A stretch of 64,000 bases of DNA from assembly GCA_964057225.1 (NCBI GenBank), contig OZ059900.1, positions 24,986,001 to 25,050,000 of the forward strand. Direction: 5' to 3'. This document shows positions 11,623 through 24,270 of the stretch, piece after piece. The stretch's first letter is position 1. Each line of letters begins with the position of its first letter. Origin of the DNA: Auanema rhodensis. Taxonomy: Eukaryota > Animalia > Nematoda. The notes under the pieces are model-generated. The model was not told the origin of the DNA. It made no database searches and worked only from the letters and a program-made list of their open reading frames with translations. The position numbers were made by a program, and so were the translations under genes.

Positions 11623-14600
11623 TATTTCTCATGGGAAATACTGTGTTTTTGTATTTTTTCAGTGTTCAGCATGTAAAATGCTTCATTTTAGTATGTAACA
11701 CGCTGAAATTCGTTGCATTTGACGACTCATATGAACAAAAATCGATTTAATCAATATTAGCCATAAGGGGCGTGCCCTCAGAATATGCTAATTTCCTTAA
11801 TTTTCTAACCCCTGTTTTTTTGTCGTGAAAGTGGAACTAGACGTTGTACGAACAATTTTGAGCTAGGTTTCATTGACATTGCATGAGTTTGAACACATGA
11901 AATCGTAAGTCAAAACCTTGTTTACAGCGAAATTTCCAAAAACTGGTTTTCCAGCATAATAAAATATTTCTCATGGGAAATACTGTGTTTTTGTATTTTT
12001 CTAGTGTTCAGCATGTAAAATGCTTCATTTTAGTATGTAACACGCTGAAATTCGTTGCATTTGACGACTCATATGAACAAAAATCGATTTAATCAATATT
12101 AGCCATAAGGGGCGTGCCCTCAGAATATGCTAATTTCCTTAATTTTCTAACCCCTGTTTTTTTGTCGTGAAAGTGGAACTAGACGTTGTACGAACAATTT
12201 TGAGCTAGGTTTCATTGACATTGCATGAGTTTGAACACATGAAATCGTAAGTCAAAACCTTGTTTACAGCGAAATTTCCAAAAACTGGTGTTCCAGCATA
12301 ATAAAATATTTCTCATGGGAAATACTGTGTTTTTGTATTTTTTTAGTGTTCAGCATGTAAAATGCGTCATTTTAGTATGTAAAACGCTGAAATTCGTTGC
12401 ATTTGACGACTCATATGAACAAAAATCGATTTTATCAATATTAGCCATAAGGGGCGTGCCCTCAGAATATGCTAATTTCCTTAATTTTCTAACCCCTGTT
12501 TTTTTGTCGTGAAAGTGGAACTAGACGTTGTACGAACAATTTTGAGCTAGGTTTCATTGACATTGCATGAGTTTGAACACATGAAATCGTAAGTCAAAAC
12601 CTTGTTTACAGCGAAATTTCCAAAAACTGGTTTTCCAGCATAATAAAATATTTCTCATGGGAAATACTGTGTTTTTGTATTTTTCTAGTGTTCAGCATGT
12701 AAAATGCTTCATTTTAGTATGTAACACGCTGAAATTCGTTGCATTTGACGACTCATATGAACAAAAATCGATTTAATCAATATTAGCCATAAGGGGCGTG
12801 CCCTCCGAATATGCTAATTTCCTCAATTTTCTAACCCCTGTTTTTTTGTCGTGAAAGTGGAACTTGACGTTGTACGAACAATTTTGAGCTAGGTTTCATT
12901 GACATTGCATGAGTTTGAACACATGAAATCGTAAGTCAAAACCTTGTTTACAGCGAAATTTCCAAATACTGGTTTTCCAGCATAATAAAATATTTCTCAT
13001 GGGAAATACAGTGTTTTTGTATTTTTTTAGTGTTCAGCATGTAAAATGCGTCATTTTAGTATGTAAAACGCTGAAATTCGTTGCATTTGGCGACTCATAT
13101 GAACAAAAATCGATTTTATCAATATTAGCCATAAGGGGCGTGCCCTCAGAATATGCTAATTTCCTTAATTTTCTAACCCCTGTTTTTTTGTCGTGAAAGT
13201 GGAACTAGACGTTGTACGAACAATTTTGAGCTAGGTTTCATTGACATTGCATGAGTTTGAACACATGAAATCGTAAGTCAAAACCTTGTTTACAGCGAAA
13301 TTTCCAAATACTGGTTTTCCAGCATAATAAAATATTTCTCATGGGAAATACAGTGTTTTTGTATTTTTTTAGTGTTCAGCATGTAAAATGCGTCATTTTA
13401 GTATGTAAAACGCTGAAATTCGTTGCATTTGGCGACTCATATGAACAAAAATCGATTTTATCAATATTAGCCATAAGGGGCGTGCCCTCAGAATATGCTA
13501 ATTTCCTTAATTTTCTAACCCCTGTTTTTTTGTCGTGAAAGTGGAACTAGACGTTGTACGAACAATTTTGAGCTAGGTTTCATTGACATTGCATGAGTTT
13601 GAACACATGAAATCGTAAGTCAAAACCTTGTTTACAGCGAAATTTCCAAAAACTGGTTTTCCAGCATAATAAAATATTTCTCATGGGAAATACTGTGTTT
13701 TTGTATTTTTCTAGTGTTCAGCATGTAAAATGCTTCATTTTAGTATGTAACACGCTGAAATTCGTTGCATTTGACGACTCATATGAACAAAAATCGATTT
13801 AATCAATATTAGCCATAAGGGGCGTGCCCTCAGAATATGCTAATTTCCTTAATTTTCTAACCCCTGTTTTTTTGTCGTGAAAGTGGAACTAGACGTTGTA
13901 CGAACAATTTTGAGCTAGGTTTCATTGACATTGCATGAGTTTGAACACATGAAATCGTAAGTCAAAACCTTGTTTACAGCGAAATTTCCAAAAACTGGTT
14001 TTCCAGCATAATAAAATATTTCTCATGGGAAATACTGTGTTTTTGTATTTTTCTAGTGTTCAGCATGTAAAATGCTTCATTTTAGTATGTAACACGCTGA
14101 AATTCGTTGCATTTGACGACTCATATGAACAAAAATCGATTTTATCAATATTAGCCATAAGGGGCGTGCCCTCAGAATATGCTAATTTCCTTAATTTTCT
14201 AACCCCTGTTTTTTTGTCGTGAAAGTGGAACTAGACGTTGTACGAACAATTTTGAGCTAGGTTTCATTGACATTGCATGAGTTTGAACACATGAAATCGT
14301 AAGTCAAAACCTTGTTTACAGCGAAATTTCCAAAAACTGGTTTTCCAGCATAATAAAATATTTCTCATGGGAAATACTGTGTTTTTGTATTTTTCTAGTG
14401 TTCAGCATGTAAAATGCTTCATTTTAGTATGTAACACGCTGAAATTCGTTGCATTTGACGACTCATATGAACAAAAATCGATTTAATCAATATTAGCCAT
14501 AAGGGGCGTGCCCTCAGAATATGCTAATTTCCTTAATTTTCTAACCCCTGTTTTTTTGTCGTGAAAGTGGAACTAGACGTTGTACGAACAATTTTGAGCT

Positions 14601-17092
14601 AGGTTTCATTGACATTGCATGAGTTTGAACACATGAAATCGTAAGTCAAAACCTTGTTTACAGCGAAATTTCCAAAAACTGGTTTTCCAGCATAATAAAA
14701 TATTTCTCATGGGAAATACTGTGTTTTTGTATTTTTCTAGTGTTCAGCATGTAAAATGCTTCATTTTAGTATGTAACACGCTGAAATTCGTTGCATTTGA
14801 CGACTCATATGAACAAAAATCGATTTAATCAATATTAGCCATAAGGGGCGTGCCCTCAGAATATGCTAATTTCCTTAATTTTCTAACCCCTGTTTTTTTG
14901 TCGTGAAAGTGGAACTAGACGTTGTACGAACAATTTTGAGCTAGGTTTCATTGACATTGCATGAGTTTGAACACATGAAATCGTAAGTCAAAACCTTGTT
15001 TACAGCGAAATTTCCAAAAACTGGTTTTCCAGCATAATAAAATATTTCTCAAGGGAAAAACTGTGTTTTTATATTTTTCTAGTGTTCAGCATGTAAAATG
15101 CTTCATTTTGATATGTAAAACGCTGAAATTCGTTGCATTTGACGACTCATATGAACAAAAATCGATTTTATCAATATTAGCCATAAGGGGCGTGCCCTCA
15201 GAATATGCTAATTTCCTTAATTTTCTAACCCCTGTTTTTTTGTCGTGAAAGTGGAACTAGACGTTGTACGAACAATTTTGAGCTAGGTTTCATTGACATT
15301 GCATGAGTTTTAACACATGAAATCGTAAGTCAAAACCTTGTTTACAGCGAAATTTCCAAAAACTGGTTTTCCAGCATAATAAAATATTTCTCATGGGAAA
15401 TACTGTGTTTTTGTATTTTTCTAGTGTTCAGCATGTAAAATGCTTCATTTTAGTATGTAACACGCTGAAATTCGTTGCATTTGACGACTCATATGAACAA
15501 AAATCGATTTAATCAATATTAGCCATAAGGGGCGTGCCCTCAGAATATGCTAATTTCCTTAATTTTCTAACCCCTGTTTTTTTGTCGTGAAAGTGGAACT
15601 AGACGTTGTACGAACAATTTTGAGCTAGGTTTCATTGACATTGCATGAGTTTGAACACATGAAATCGTAAGTCAAAACCTTGTTTACAGCGAAATTTCCA
15701 AAAACTGGTTTTCCAGCATAATAAAATATTTCTCATGGGAAATACTGTGTTTTTGTATTTTTTTAGTGTTCAGCATGTAAAATGCTTCATTTTAGTATGT
15801 AACACGCTGAAATTCGTTGCATTTGACGACTCATATGAACAAAAATCGATTTAATCAATATTAACCATAAGGGGCGTGCCCTCAGAATGTGCTAATTTCC
15901 TTAATTTTCTAACCCCTGTTTTTTTGTCGTGAAAGTGGAACTAGACGTTGTACGAACAATTTTGAGCTAGGTTTCATTGACATTGCATGAGTTTGAACAC
16001 ATGAAATCGTAAGTCAAAACCTTGTTTACAGCGAAATTTCCAAAAACTGTTTTCCAGCATAATAAAATATTTCTCATGGGAAATACTGTGTTTTTGTATT
16101 TTTTTAGTGTTCAGCATGTAAAATGCTTCATTTTAGTATGTAACACGCTGAAATTCGTTGCGTTTGACGACTCATATGAACAAAAATCGATTTAATCAAT
16201 ATTATCCATAAGGGGCGTGCCCTCAGAATATGCTAATTTCCTTAATTTTCTAACCCCTGTTTTTTTGTCGTGAAAGTGGAACTAGACGTTGTACGAACAA
16301 TTTTGAGCTAGGTTTCATTGACATTGCATGAGTTTGAACACATGAAATCGTAAGTCAAAACCTTGTTTACAGCGAAATTTCCAAAAACTGTTTTCCAGCA
16401 TAATAAAATATTTCTCATGGGAAAAACTGTGTTTTTGTATTTTTCTAGTGTTCAGCATGTAAAATGCTTCATTTTAGTATGTAACACGCTGAAATTCGTT
16501 GCATTTGACGACTCATATGAACAAAAATCGATTTAATCAATATTAACCATAAGGGGCGTGCCCTCAGAATGTGCTAATTTCCTTAATTTTCTAACCCCTG
16601 TTTTTTTGTCGTGAAAGTGGAACTAGACGTTGTACGAACAATTTTGAGCTAGGTTTCATTGACATTGCATGAGTTTGAACACATGAATTCGTAAGTCAAA
16701 ACCTTGTTTACAGCGAAATTTCCAAAAACTGGTTTTCCAGCATAATAAAATATTTCTCATGGGAAATACTGTGTTTTTGTATTTTTCTAGTGTTCAGCAT
16801 GTAAAATGCTTCATTTTAGTATGTAACACGCTGAAATTCGTTGCATTTGACGACTCATATGAACAAAAATCGATTTAATCAATATTAGCCATAAGGGGCG
16901 TGCCCTCAGAATATGCTAATTTCCTTAATTTTCTAACCCCTGTTTTTTCGTCGTGAAAGTGGAACTAGACGTTGTACAAACAATTTTGAGCTAGGTTTCA
17001 TTGACATTGCATGAGTTTGAACACATGAAATCGTAAGTCAAAACCTTGTTTACAGCGAAATTTCCAAAAACTGGTTTTCCAACATAATAAAA
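11623..17092 (+). repeat. 16-monomer higher-order repeat, copy 2 (5470 bp)
   Basis: Nearly identical to 685-6154; I saw differences only in the first and last monomers. EcoRI spacing 11215 to 16685 is 5470. Confidence 0.92.
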
Positions 17093-20000
17093 TATTTCTC
17101 ATGGGAAAAACTGTGTTTTTGTATTTTTCTAGTGTTCAGCATGTAAAATGCTTCATTTTAGTATGTAACACGCTGAAATTCGTTGCGTTTGACGACTCAT
17201 ATGAACAAAAATCGATTTAATCAATATTATCCATAAGGGGCGTGCCCTCAGAATGTGCTAATTTCCTTAATTTTCTAACCCCTGTTTTTTTGTCGTGAAA
17301 GTGGAACTAGACGTTGTACGAACAATTTTGAGCTAGGTTTCATTGACATTGCATGAGTTTGAACACATGAAATCGTAAGTCAAAACCTTGTTTACAGCGA
17401 AATTTCCAAAAACTGTTTTCCAGCATAATAAAATATTTCTCATGGGAAAAACTGTGTTTTTGTATTTTTCTAGTGTTCAGCATGTAAAATGCTCCATTTT
17501 AGTATGTAACACGCTGAAATTCGTTGCATTTGACGACTCATATGAACAAAAATCGATTTAATCAATATTAGCCATAAGGGGCGTGCCCTCAGAATATGCT
17601 AATTTCCTTAATTTTCTAACCCCTGTTTTTTTGTCGTGAAAGTGGAACTAGACGTTGTACGAACAATTTTGAGCTAGGTTTCATTGACATTGCATGAGTT
17701 TGAACACATGAAATCGTAAGTCAAAACCTTGTTTACAGCGAAAATTCCAAAAACTGGTTTTCCAGCATAATAAAATATTTCTAATGGGAAATACTGTGTT
17801 TTTGTATTTTTCTAGTGTTCAGCATGTAAAATGGTTCATTTTAGTATGTAACACGCTAAAATTCGTTGCATTTGACGACTTATATGAACAAAAATCGATT
17901 TAATCAATATTAGCCATAAGGGGCGTGCCCTCAGAATATGCTAATTTCCTTAATTTTCTAACCCCTGTTTTTTTGTCGTGAAAGTGGAACTAGACGTTGT
18001 ACAAACAATTTTGAGCTAGGTTTCATTGACATTGCAGGAGTTTGAACACATGAAATCGTAAGTCAAAACCTTGTTTACAGCGAAATTTCCAAAAACTGGT
18101 TTTCCAGCATAATAAAATATTTCTCATGGGAAATACTGTGTTTTTGTATTTTTCTAGTGTTCAGCATGTAAAATGCTTCATTTTAGTATGTAACACGCTG
18201 AAATTCGTTGCATTTGACGACTCATATGAACAAAAATCGATTTAATCAATATTAGCCATAAGGGGCGTGCCCTCAGAATATGCTAATTTCCTTAATTTTC
18301 TAACCCCTGTTTTTTTGTCGTGAAAGTGGAACTAGACGTTGTACGAACAATTTTGAGCTAGGTTTCATTGACATTGCATGAGTTTGAACACATGAAATCG
18401 TAAGTCAAAACCTTGTTTACAGCGAAATTTCCAAAAACTGGTTTTCCAGCATAATAAAATATTTCTCATGGGAAATACTGTGTTTTTGTTTTTTTCTAGT
18501 GTTCAGCATGTAAAATGCTCCATTTTAGTATGTAACACGCTGAAATTCGTTGCATTTGACGACTCATATGAACAAAAATCGATTTAATCAATATTAGCCA
18601 TAAGGGGCGTGCCCTCAGAATATGCTAATTTCCTTAATTTTCTAACCCCTGTTTTTTTGTCGTGAAAGTGGAACTAGACGTTGTACGAACAATTTTGAGC
18701 TAGGTTTCATTGACATTGCATGAGTTTGAACACATGAAATCGTAAGTCAAAACCTTGTTTACAGCGAAATTTCCAAAAACTGGTTTTCCAGCATAATAAA
18801 ATATTTCTCATGGGAAATACTGTGTTTTTGTATTTTTCTAGTGTTCAGCATGTAAAATGCTTCGTTTTAGTATGTAACACGCTGAAATTCGTTGCATTTG
18901 ACGACTCATATGAACAAAAATCGATTTAATCAATATTAGAAATAAGGGGCGTGCCCTCAGAATATGCTAATTTCCTTAATTTTCTAACCCCTGTTTTTTT
19001 GTCGTGAAAGTGGAACTAGACGTTGTACGAACAATTTTGAGCTAGGTTTCATTGACATTGCATGAGTTTGAACACATGAAATCGTAAGTCAAAACCTTGT
19101 TTACAGCGAAATTTCCAAAAACTGTTTTCCAGCATAATAAAATATTTCTCATGGGAAAAACTGTGTTTTTGTATTTTTCTAGTGTTCAGCATGTAAAATG
19201 CTTCATTTTAGTATGTAACACGCTGAAATTCGTTGCATTTGACGACTCATATGAACAAAAATCGATTTAATCAATATTAGCCATAAGGGGCGTGCCCTCA
19301 GAATATGCTAATTTCCTTAATTTTCTAACCCCTGTTTTTTTGTCGTGAAAGTGGAACTAGACGTTGTACGAACAATTTTGAGCTAGGTTTCATTGACATT
19401 GCATGAGTTTGAACACATGAAATCGTAAGTCAAAACCTTGTTTACAGCGAAATTTCCAAAAACTGTTTTCCAGCATAATAAAATATTTCTCATGGGAAAA
19501 ACTGTGTTTTTGTATTTTTCTAGTGTTCAGCATGTAAAATGCTTCATTTTAGTATGTAACACGCTGAAATTCGTTGCATTTGACGACTCATATGAACAAA
19601 AATCGATTTAATCAATATTAGCCATAAGGGGCGTGCCCTCAGAATATGCTAATTTCCTTAATTTTCTAACCCCTGTTTTTTTGTCGTGAAAGTGGAACTA
19701 GACGTTGTACGAACAATTTTGAGCTAGGTTTCATTGACATTGCATGAGTTTGAACACATGAAATCGTAAGTCAAAACCTTGTTTACAGCGAAAATTCCAA
19801 AAACTGGTTTTCCAGCATAATAAAATATTTCTCATGGGAAATACTGTGTTTTTGTATTTTTCTAGTGTTCAGCATGTAAAATGCTTCATTTTAGTATGTA
19901 ACACGCTGAAATTTGTTGCATTTGACGACTCATATGAACGAAAATCGATTTAATCAATATTAGCCATAAGGGGCGTGCCCTCAGAATATGCTAATTTCCT

Positions 20001-23000
20001 TAATTTTGTAACCCCTGTTTTTTTGTCGTGAAAGTGGAACTAGACGTTGTACGAACAATTTTGAGCTAGGTTTCATTGACATTGCATGAGTTTGAACACA
20101 TGAAATCGTAAGTCAAAACCTTGTTTACAGCGAAATTTCCAAAAACTGGTTTTCCAGCATAATAAAATATTTCTCATGGGAAATACTGTGTTTTTGTTTT
20201 TTTCTAGTGTTCAGCATGTAAAATGCTCCATTTTAGTATGTAACACGCTGAAATTCGTTGCATTTGACGACTCATATGAACAAAAATCGATTTAATCAAT
20301 ATTAGCCATAAGGGGCGTGCCCTCAGAATATGCTAATTTCCTTAATTTTCTAACCCCTGTTTTTTTGTCGTGAAAGTGGAACTAGACGTTGTACGAACAA
20401 TTTTGAGCTAGGTTTCATTGACATTGCATGAGTTTGAACACATGAAATCGTAAGTCAAAACCTTGTTTACAGCGAAATTTCCAAAAACTGGTTTTCCAGC
20501 ATAATAAAATATTTCTCATGGGAAATACTGTGTTTTTGTATTTTTCTAGTGTTCAGCATGTAAAATGCTTCGTTTTAGTATGTAACACGCTGAAATTCGT
20601 TGCATTTGACGACTCATATGAACAAAAATCGATTTAATCAATATTAGAAATAAGGGGCGTGCCCTCAGAATATGCTAATTTCCTTAATTTTCTAACCCTT
20701 GTTTTTTTGTCGTGAAAGTGGAACTAGACGTTGTACGAACAATTTTGAGCTAGGTTTCATTGACATTGCATGAGTTTGAACACATGAAATCGTAAGTCAA
20801 AACCTTGTTTACAGCGAAATTTCCAAAAACTGGTTTTCCAGCATAATAAAACATTTCTCATGGGAAATACTGTGTTTTTGTATTTTTCTAGTGTTCAGCA
20901 TGTAAAATGCTTCATTTTAGTATGTAACACGCTGAAATTCGTTGCATTTGACGACTCATATGAACAAAAATCGATTTAATCAATATTAGCCATAAGGGGC
21001 GTGCCCTCAGAATATGCTAATTTCCTTAATTTTCTAACCCCTGTTTTTTTGTCGTGAAAGTGGAACTAGACGTTGTACGAACAATTTTGAGCTAGGTTTC
21101 ATTGACATTGCATGAGTTTGAACACATGAAATCGTAAGTCAAAACCTTGTTTACAGCGAAATTTCCAAAAACTGGTTTTCCACCATAATAAAAAATTTCT
21201 CATGGGAAATACTGTGTTTTTGTATTTTTTCAGTGTTCAGCATGTAAAATGCTTCATTTTAGTATGTAACACGCTGAAATTTGTTGCATTTGACGACTCA
21301 TATGAACAAAAATCGATTTAATCAATATTAGCCATAAGGGGCGTGCCCTCAGAATATGCTAATTTCCTTAATTTTCTAACCCCTGTTTTTTTGTCGTGAA
21401 AGTGGAACTAGACGTTGTACGAACAATTTTGAGCTAGGTTTCATTGACATTGCATGAGTTTGAACACATGAAATCGTAAGTCAAAACCTTGTTTACAGCG
21501 AAATTTCCAAAAACTGGTTTTCCAGCATAATAAAATATTTCTCAAGGGAAATACTGTGTTTTTGTATTTTTCTAGTGTTCAGCATGTAAAATGCTTCATT
21601 TTAGTATGTAACACGCTGAAATTCGTTGCATTTGACGACTCATATGAACAAAAATCGATTTAATCAATATTAGCCATAAGGGGCGTGCCCTCAGAATATG
21701 CTAATTTCCTTAATTTTCTAACCCCTGTTTTTTTGTCGTGAAAGTGGAACTAGACGTTGTACGAACAATTTTGAGCTAGGTTTCATTGACATTGCATGAG
21801 TTTGAACACATGAAATCGTAAGTCAAAACCTTGTTTACAGCGAAATTTCCAAAAACTGGTTTTCCACCATAATAAAATATTTCTCATGGGAAATACTGTG
21901 TTTTTGTATTTTTTCAGTGTTCAGCATGTAAAATGCTTCATTTTAGTATGTAACACGCTGAAATTCGTTGCATTTGACGACTCATATGAACAAAAATCGA
22001 TTTAATCAATATTAGCCATAAGGGGCGTGCCCTCAGAATATGCTAATTTCCTTAATTTTCTAACCCCTGTTTTTTTGTCGTGAAAGTGGAACTAGACGTT
22101 GTACGAACAATTTTGAGCTAGGTTTCATTGACATTGCATGAGTTTGAACACATGAAATCGTAAGTCAAAACCTTGTTTACAGCGAAATTTCCAAAAACTG
22201 GTTTTCCAGCATAATAAAATATTTCTCATGGGAAATACTGTGTTTTTGTATTTTTCTAGTGTTCAGCATGTAAAATGCTTCATTTTAGTATGTAACACGC
22301 TGAAATTCGTTGCATTTGACGACTCATATGAACAAAAATCGATTTAATCAATATTAGCCATAAGGGGCGTGCCCTCAGAATATGCTAATTTCCTTAATTT
22401 TCTAACCCCTGTTTTTTTGTCGTGAAAGTGGAACTAGACGTTGTACGAACAATTTTGAGCTAGGTTTCATTGACATTGCATGAGTTTGAACACATGAAAT
22501 CGTAAGTCAAAACCTTGTTTACAGCGAAATTTCCAAAAACTGGTGTTCCAGCATAATAAAATATTTCTCATGGGAAATACTGTGTTTTTGTATTTTTTTA
22601 GTGTTCAGCATGTAAAATGCGTCATTTTAGTATGTAAAACGCTGAAATTCGTTGCATTTGACGACTCATATGAACAAAAATCGATTTTATCAATATTAGC
22701 CATAAGGGGCGTGCCCTCAGAATATGCTAATTTCCTTAATTTTCTAACCCCTGTTTTTTTGTCGTGAAAGTGGAACTAGACGTTGTACGAACAATTTTGA
22801 GCTAGGTTTCATTGACATTGCATGAGTTTGAACACATGAAATCGTAAGTCAAAACCTTGTTTACAGCGAAATTTCCAAAAACTGGTTTTCCAGCATAATA
22901 AAACATTTCTCATGGGAAATACTGTGTTTTTGTATTTTTCTAGTGTTCAGCATGTAAAATGCTTCATTTTAGTATGTAACACGCTGAAATTCGTTGCATT

Positions 23001-24270
23001 TGACGACTCATATGAACAAAAATCGATTTAATCAATATTAGCCATAAGGGGCGTGCCCTCCGAATATGCTAATTTCCTCAATTTTCTAACCCCTGTTTTT
23101 TTGTCGTGAAAGTGGAACTTGACGTTGTACGAACAATTTTGAGCTAGGTTTCATTGACATTGCATGAGTTTGAACACATGAAATCGTAAGTCAAAACCTT
23201 GTTTACCGCGAAATTTCCAAAAACTGGTTTTCCAGCATAATAAAATATTTCTCATGGGAAATACAGTGTTTTTGTATTTTTTTAGTGTTCAGCATGTAAA
23301 ATGCGTCATTTTAGTATGTAAAACGCTGAAATTCGTTGCATTTGACGACTCATATGAACAAAAATCGATTTTATCAATATTAGCCATAAGGGGCGTGCCC
23401 TCAGAATATGCTAATTTCCTTAATTTTCTAACCCCTGTTTTTTTGTCGTGAAAGTGGAACTAGACGTTGTACGAACAATTTTGAGCTAGGTTTCATTGAC
23501 ATTGCATGAGTTTGAACACATGAAATCGTAAGTCAAAACCTTGTTTACAGCGAAATTTCCAAAAACTGGTTTTCCAGCATAATAAAATATTTCTCATGGG
23601 AAATACTGTGTTTTTGTATTTTTTTAGTGTTCAGCATGTAAAATGCTTCATTTTAGTATGTAACACGCTGAAATTCGTTGCATTTGACGACTCATATGAA
23701 CAAAAATCGATTTAATCAATATTAACCATAAGGGGCGTGCCCTCAGAATGTGCTAATTTCCTTAATTTTCTAACCCCTGTTTTTTTGTCGTGAAAGTGGA
23801 ACTAGACGTTGTACGAACAATTTTGAGCTAGGTTTCATTGACATTGCATGAGTTTGAACACATGAAATCGTAAGTCAAAACCTTGTTTACAGCGAAATTT
23901 CCAAAAACTGTTTTCCAGCATAATAAAATATTTCTCATGGGAAATACTGTGTTTTTGTATTTTTTTAGTGTTCAGCATGTAAAATGCTTCATTTTAGTAT
24001 GTAACACGCTGAAATTCGTTGCGTTTGACGACTCATATGAACAAAAATCGATTTAATCAATATTATCCATAAGGGGCGTGCCCTCAGAATATGCTAATTT
24101 CCTTAATTTTCTAACCCCTGTTTTTTTGTCGTGAAAGTGGAACTAGACGTTGTACGAACAATTTTGAGCTAGGTTTCATTAACATTGCATGAGTTTGAAC
24201 ACATGAAATCGTAAGTCAAAACCTTGTTTACAGCGAAATTTCCAAAAACTGGTTTTCCAGCATAATAAAA
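17093..24270 (+). repeat. Transitional domain containing a shortened, diverged relative of the 16-mer HOR (21536-24270)
   Basis: 21536-23587 repeats the monomer order of 343-2394 (CAAG, TTCAG, GGTGTT, GCGTC, CTCCG/AACTTG, ACAG), then jumps to the TTAACC/TTATCC pair. A GCTCC + TTCGTT/AGAAAT monomer pair occurs at 18460 and 20168. Confidence 0.75.
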
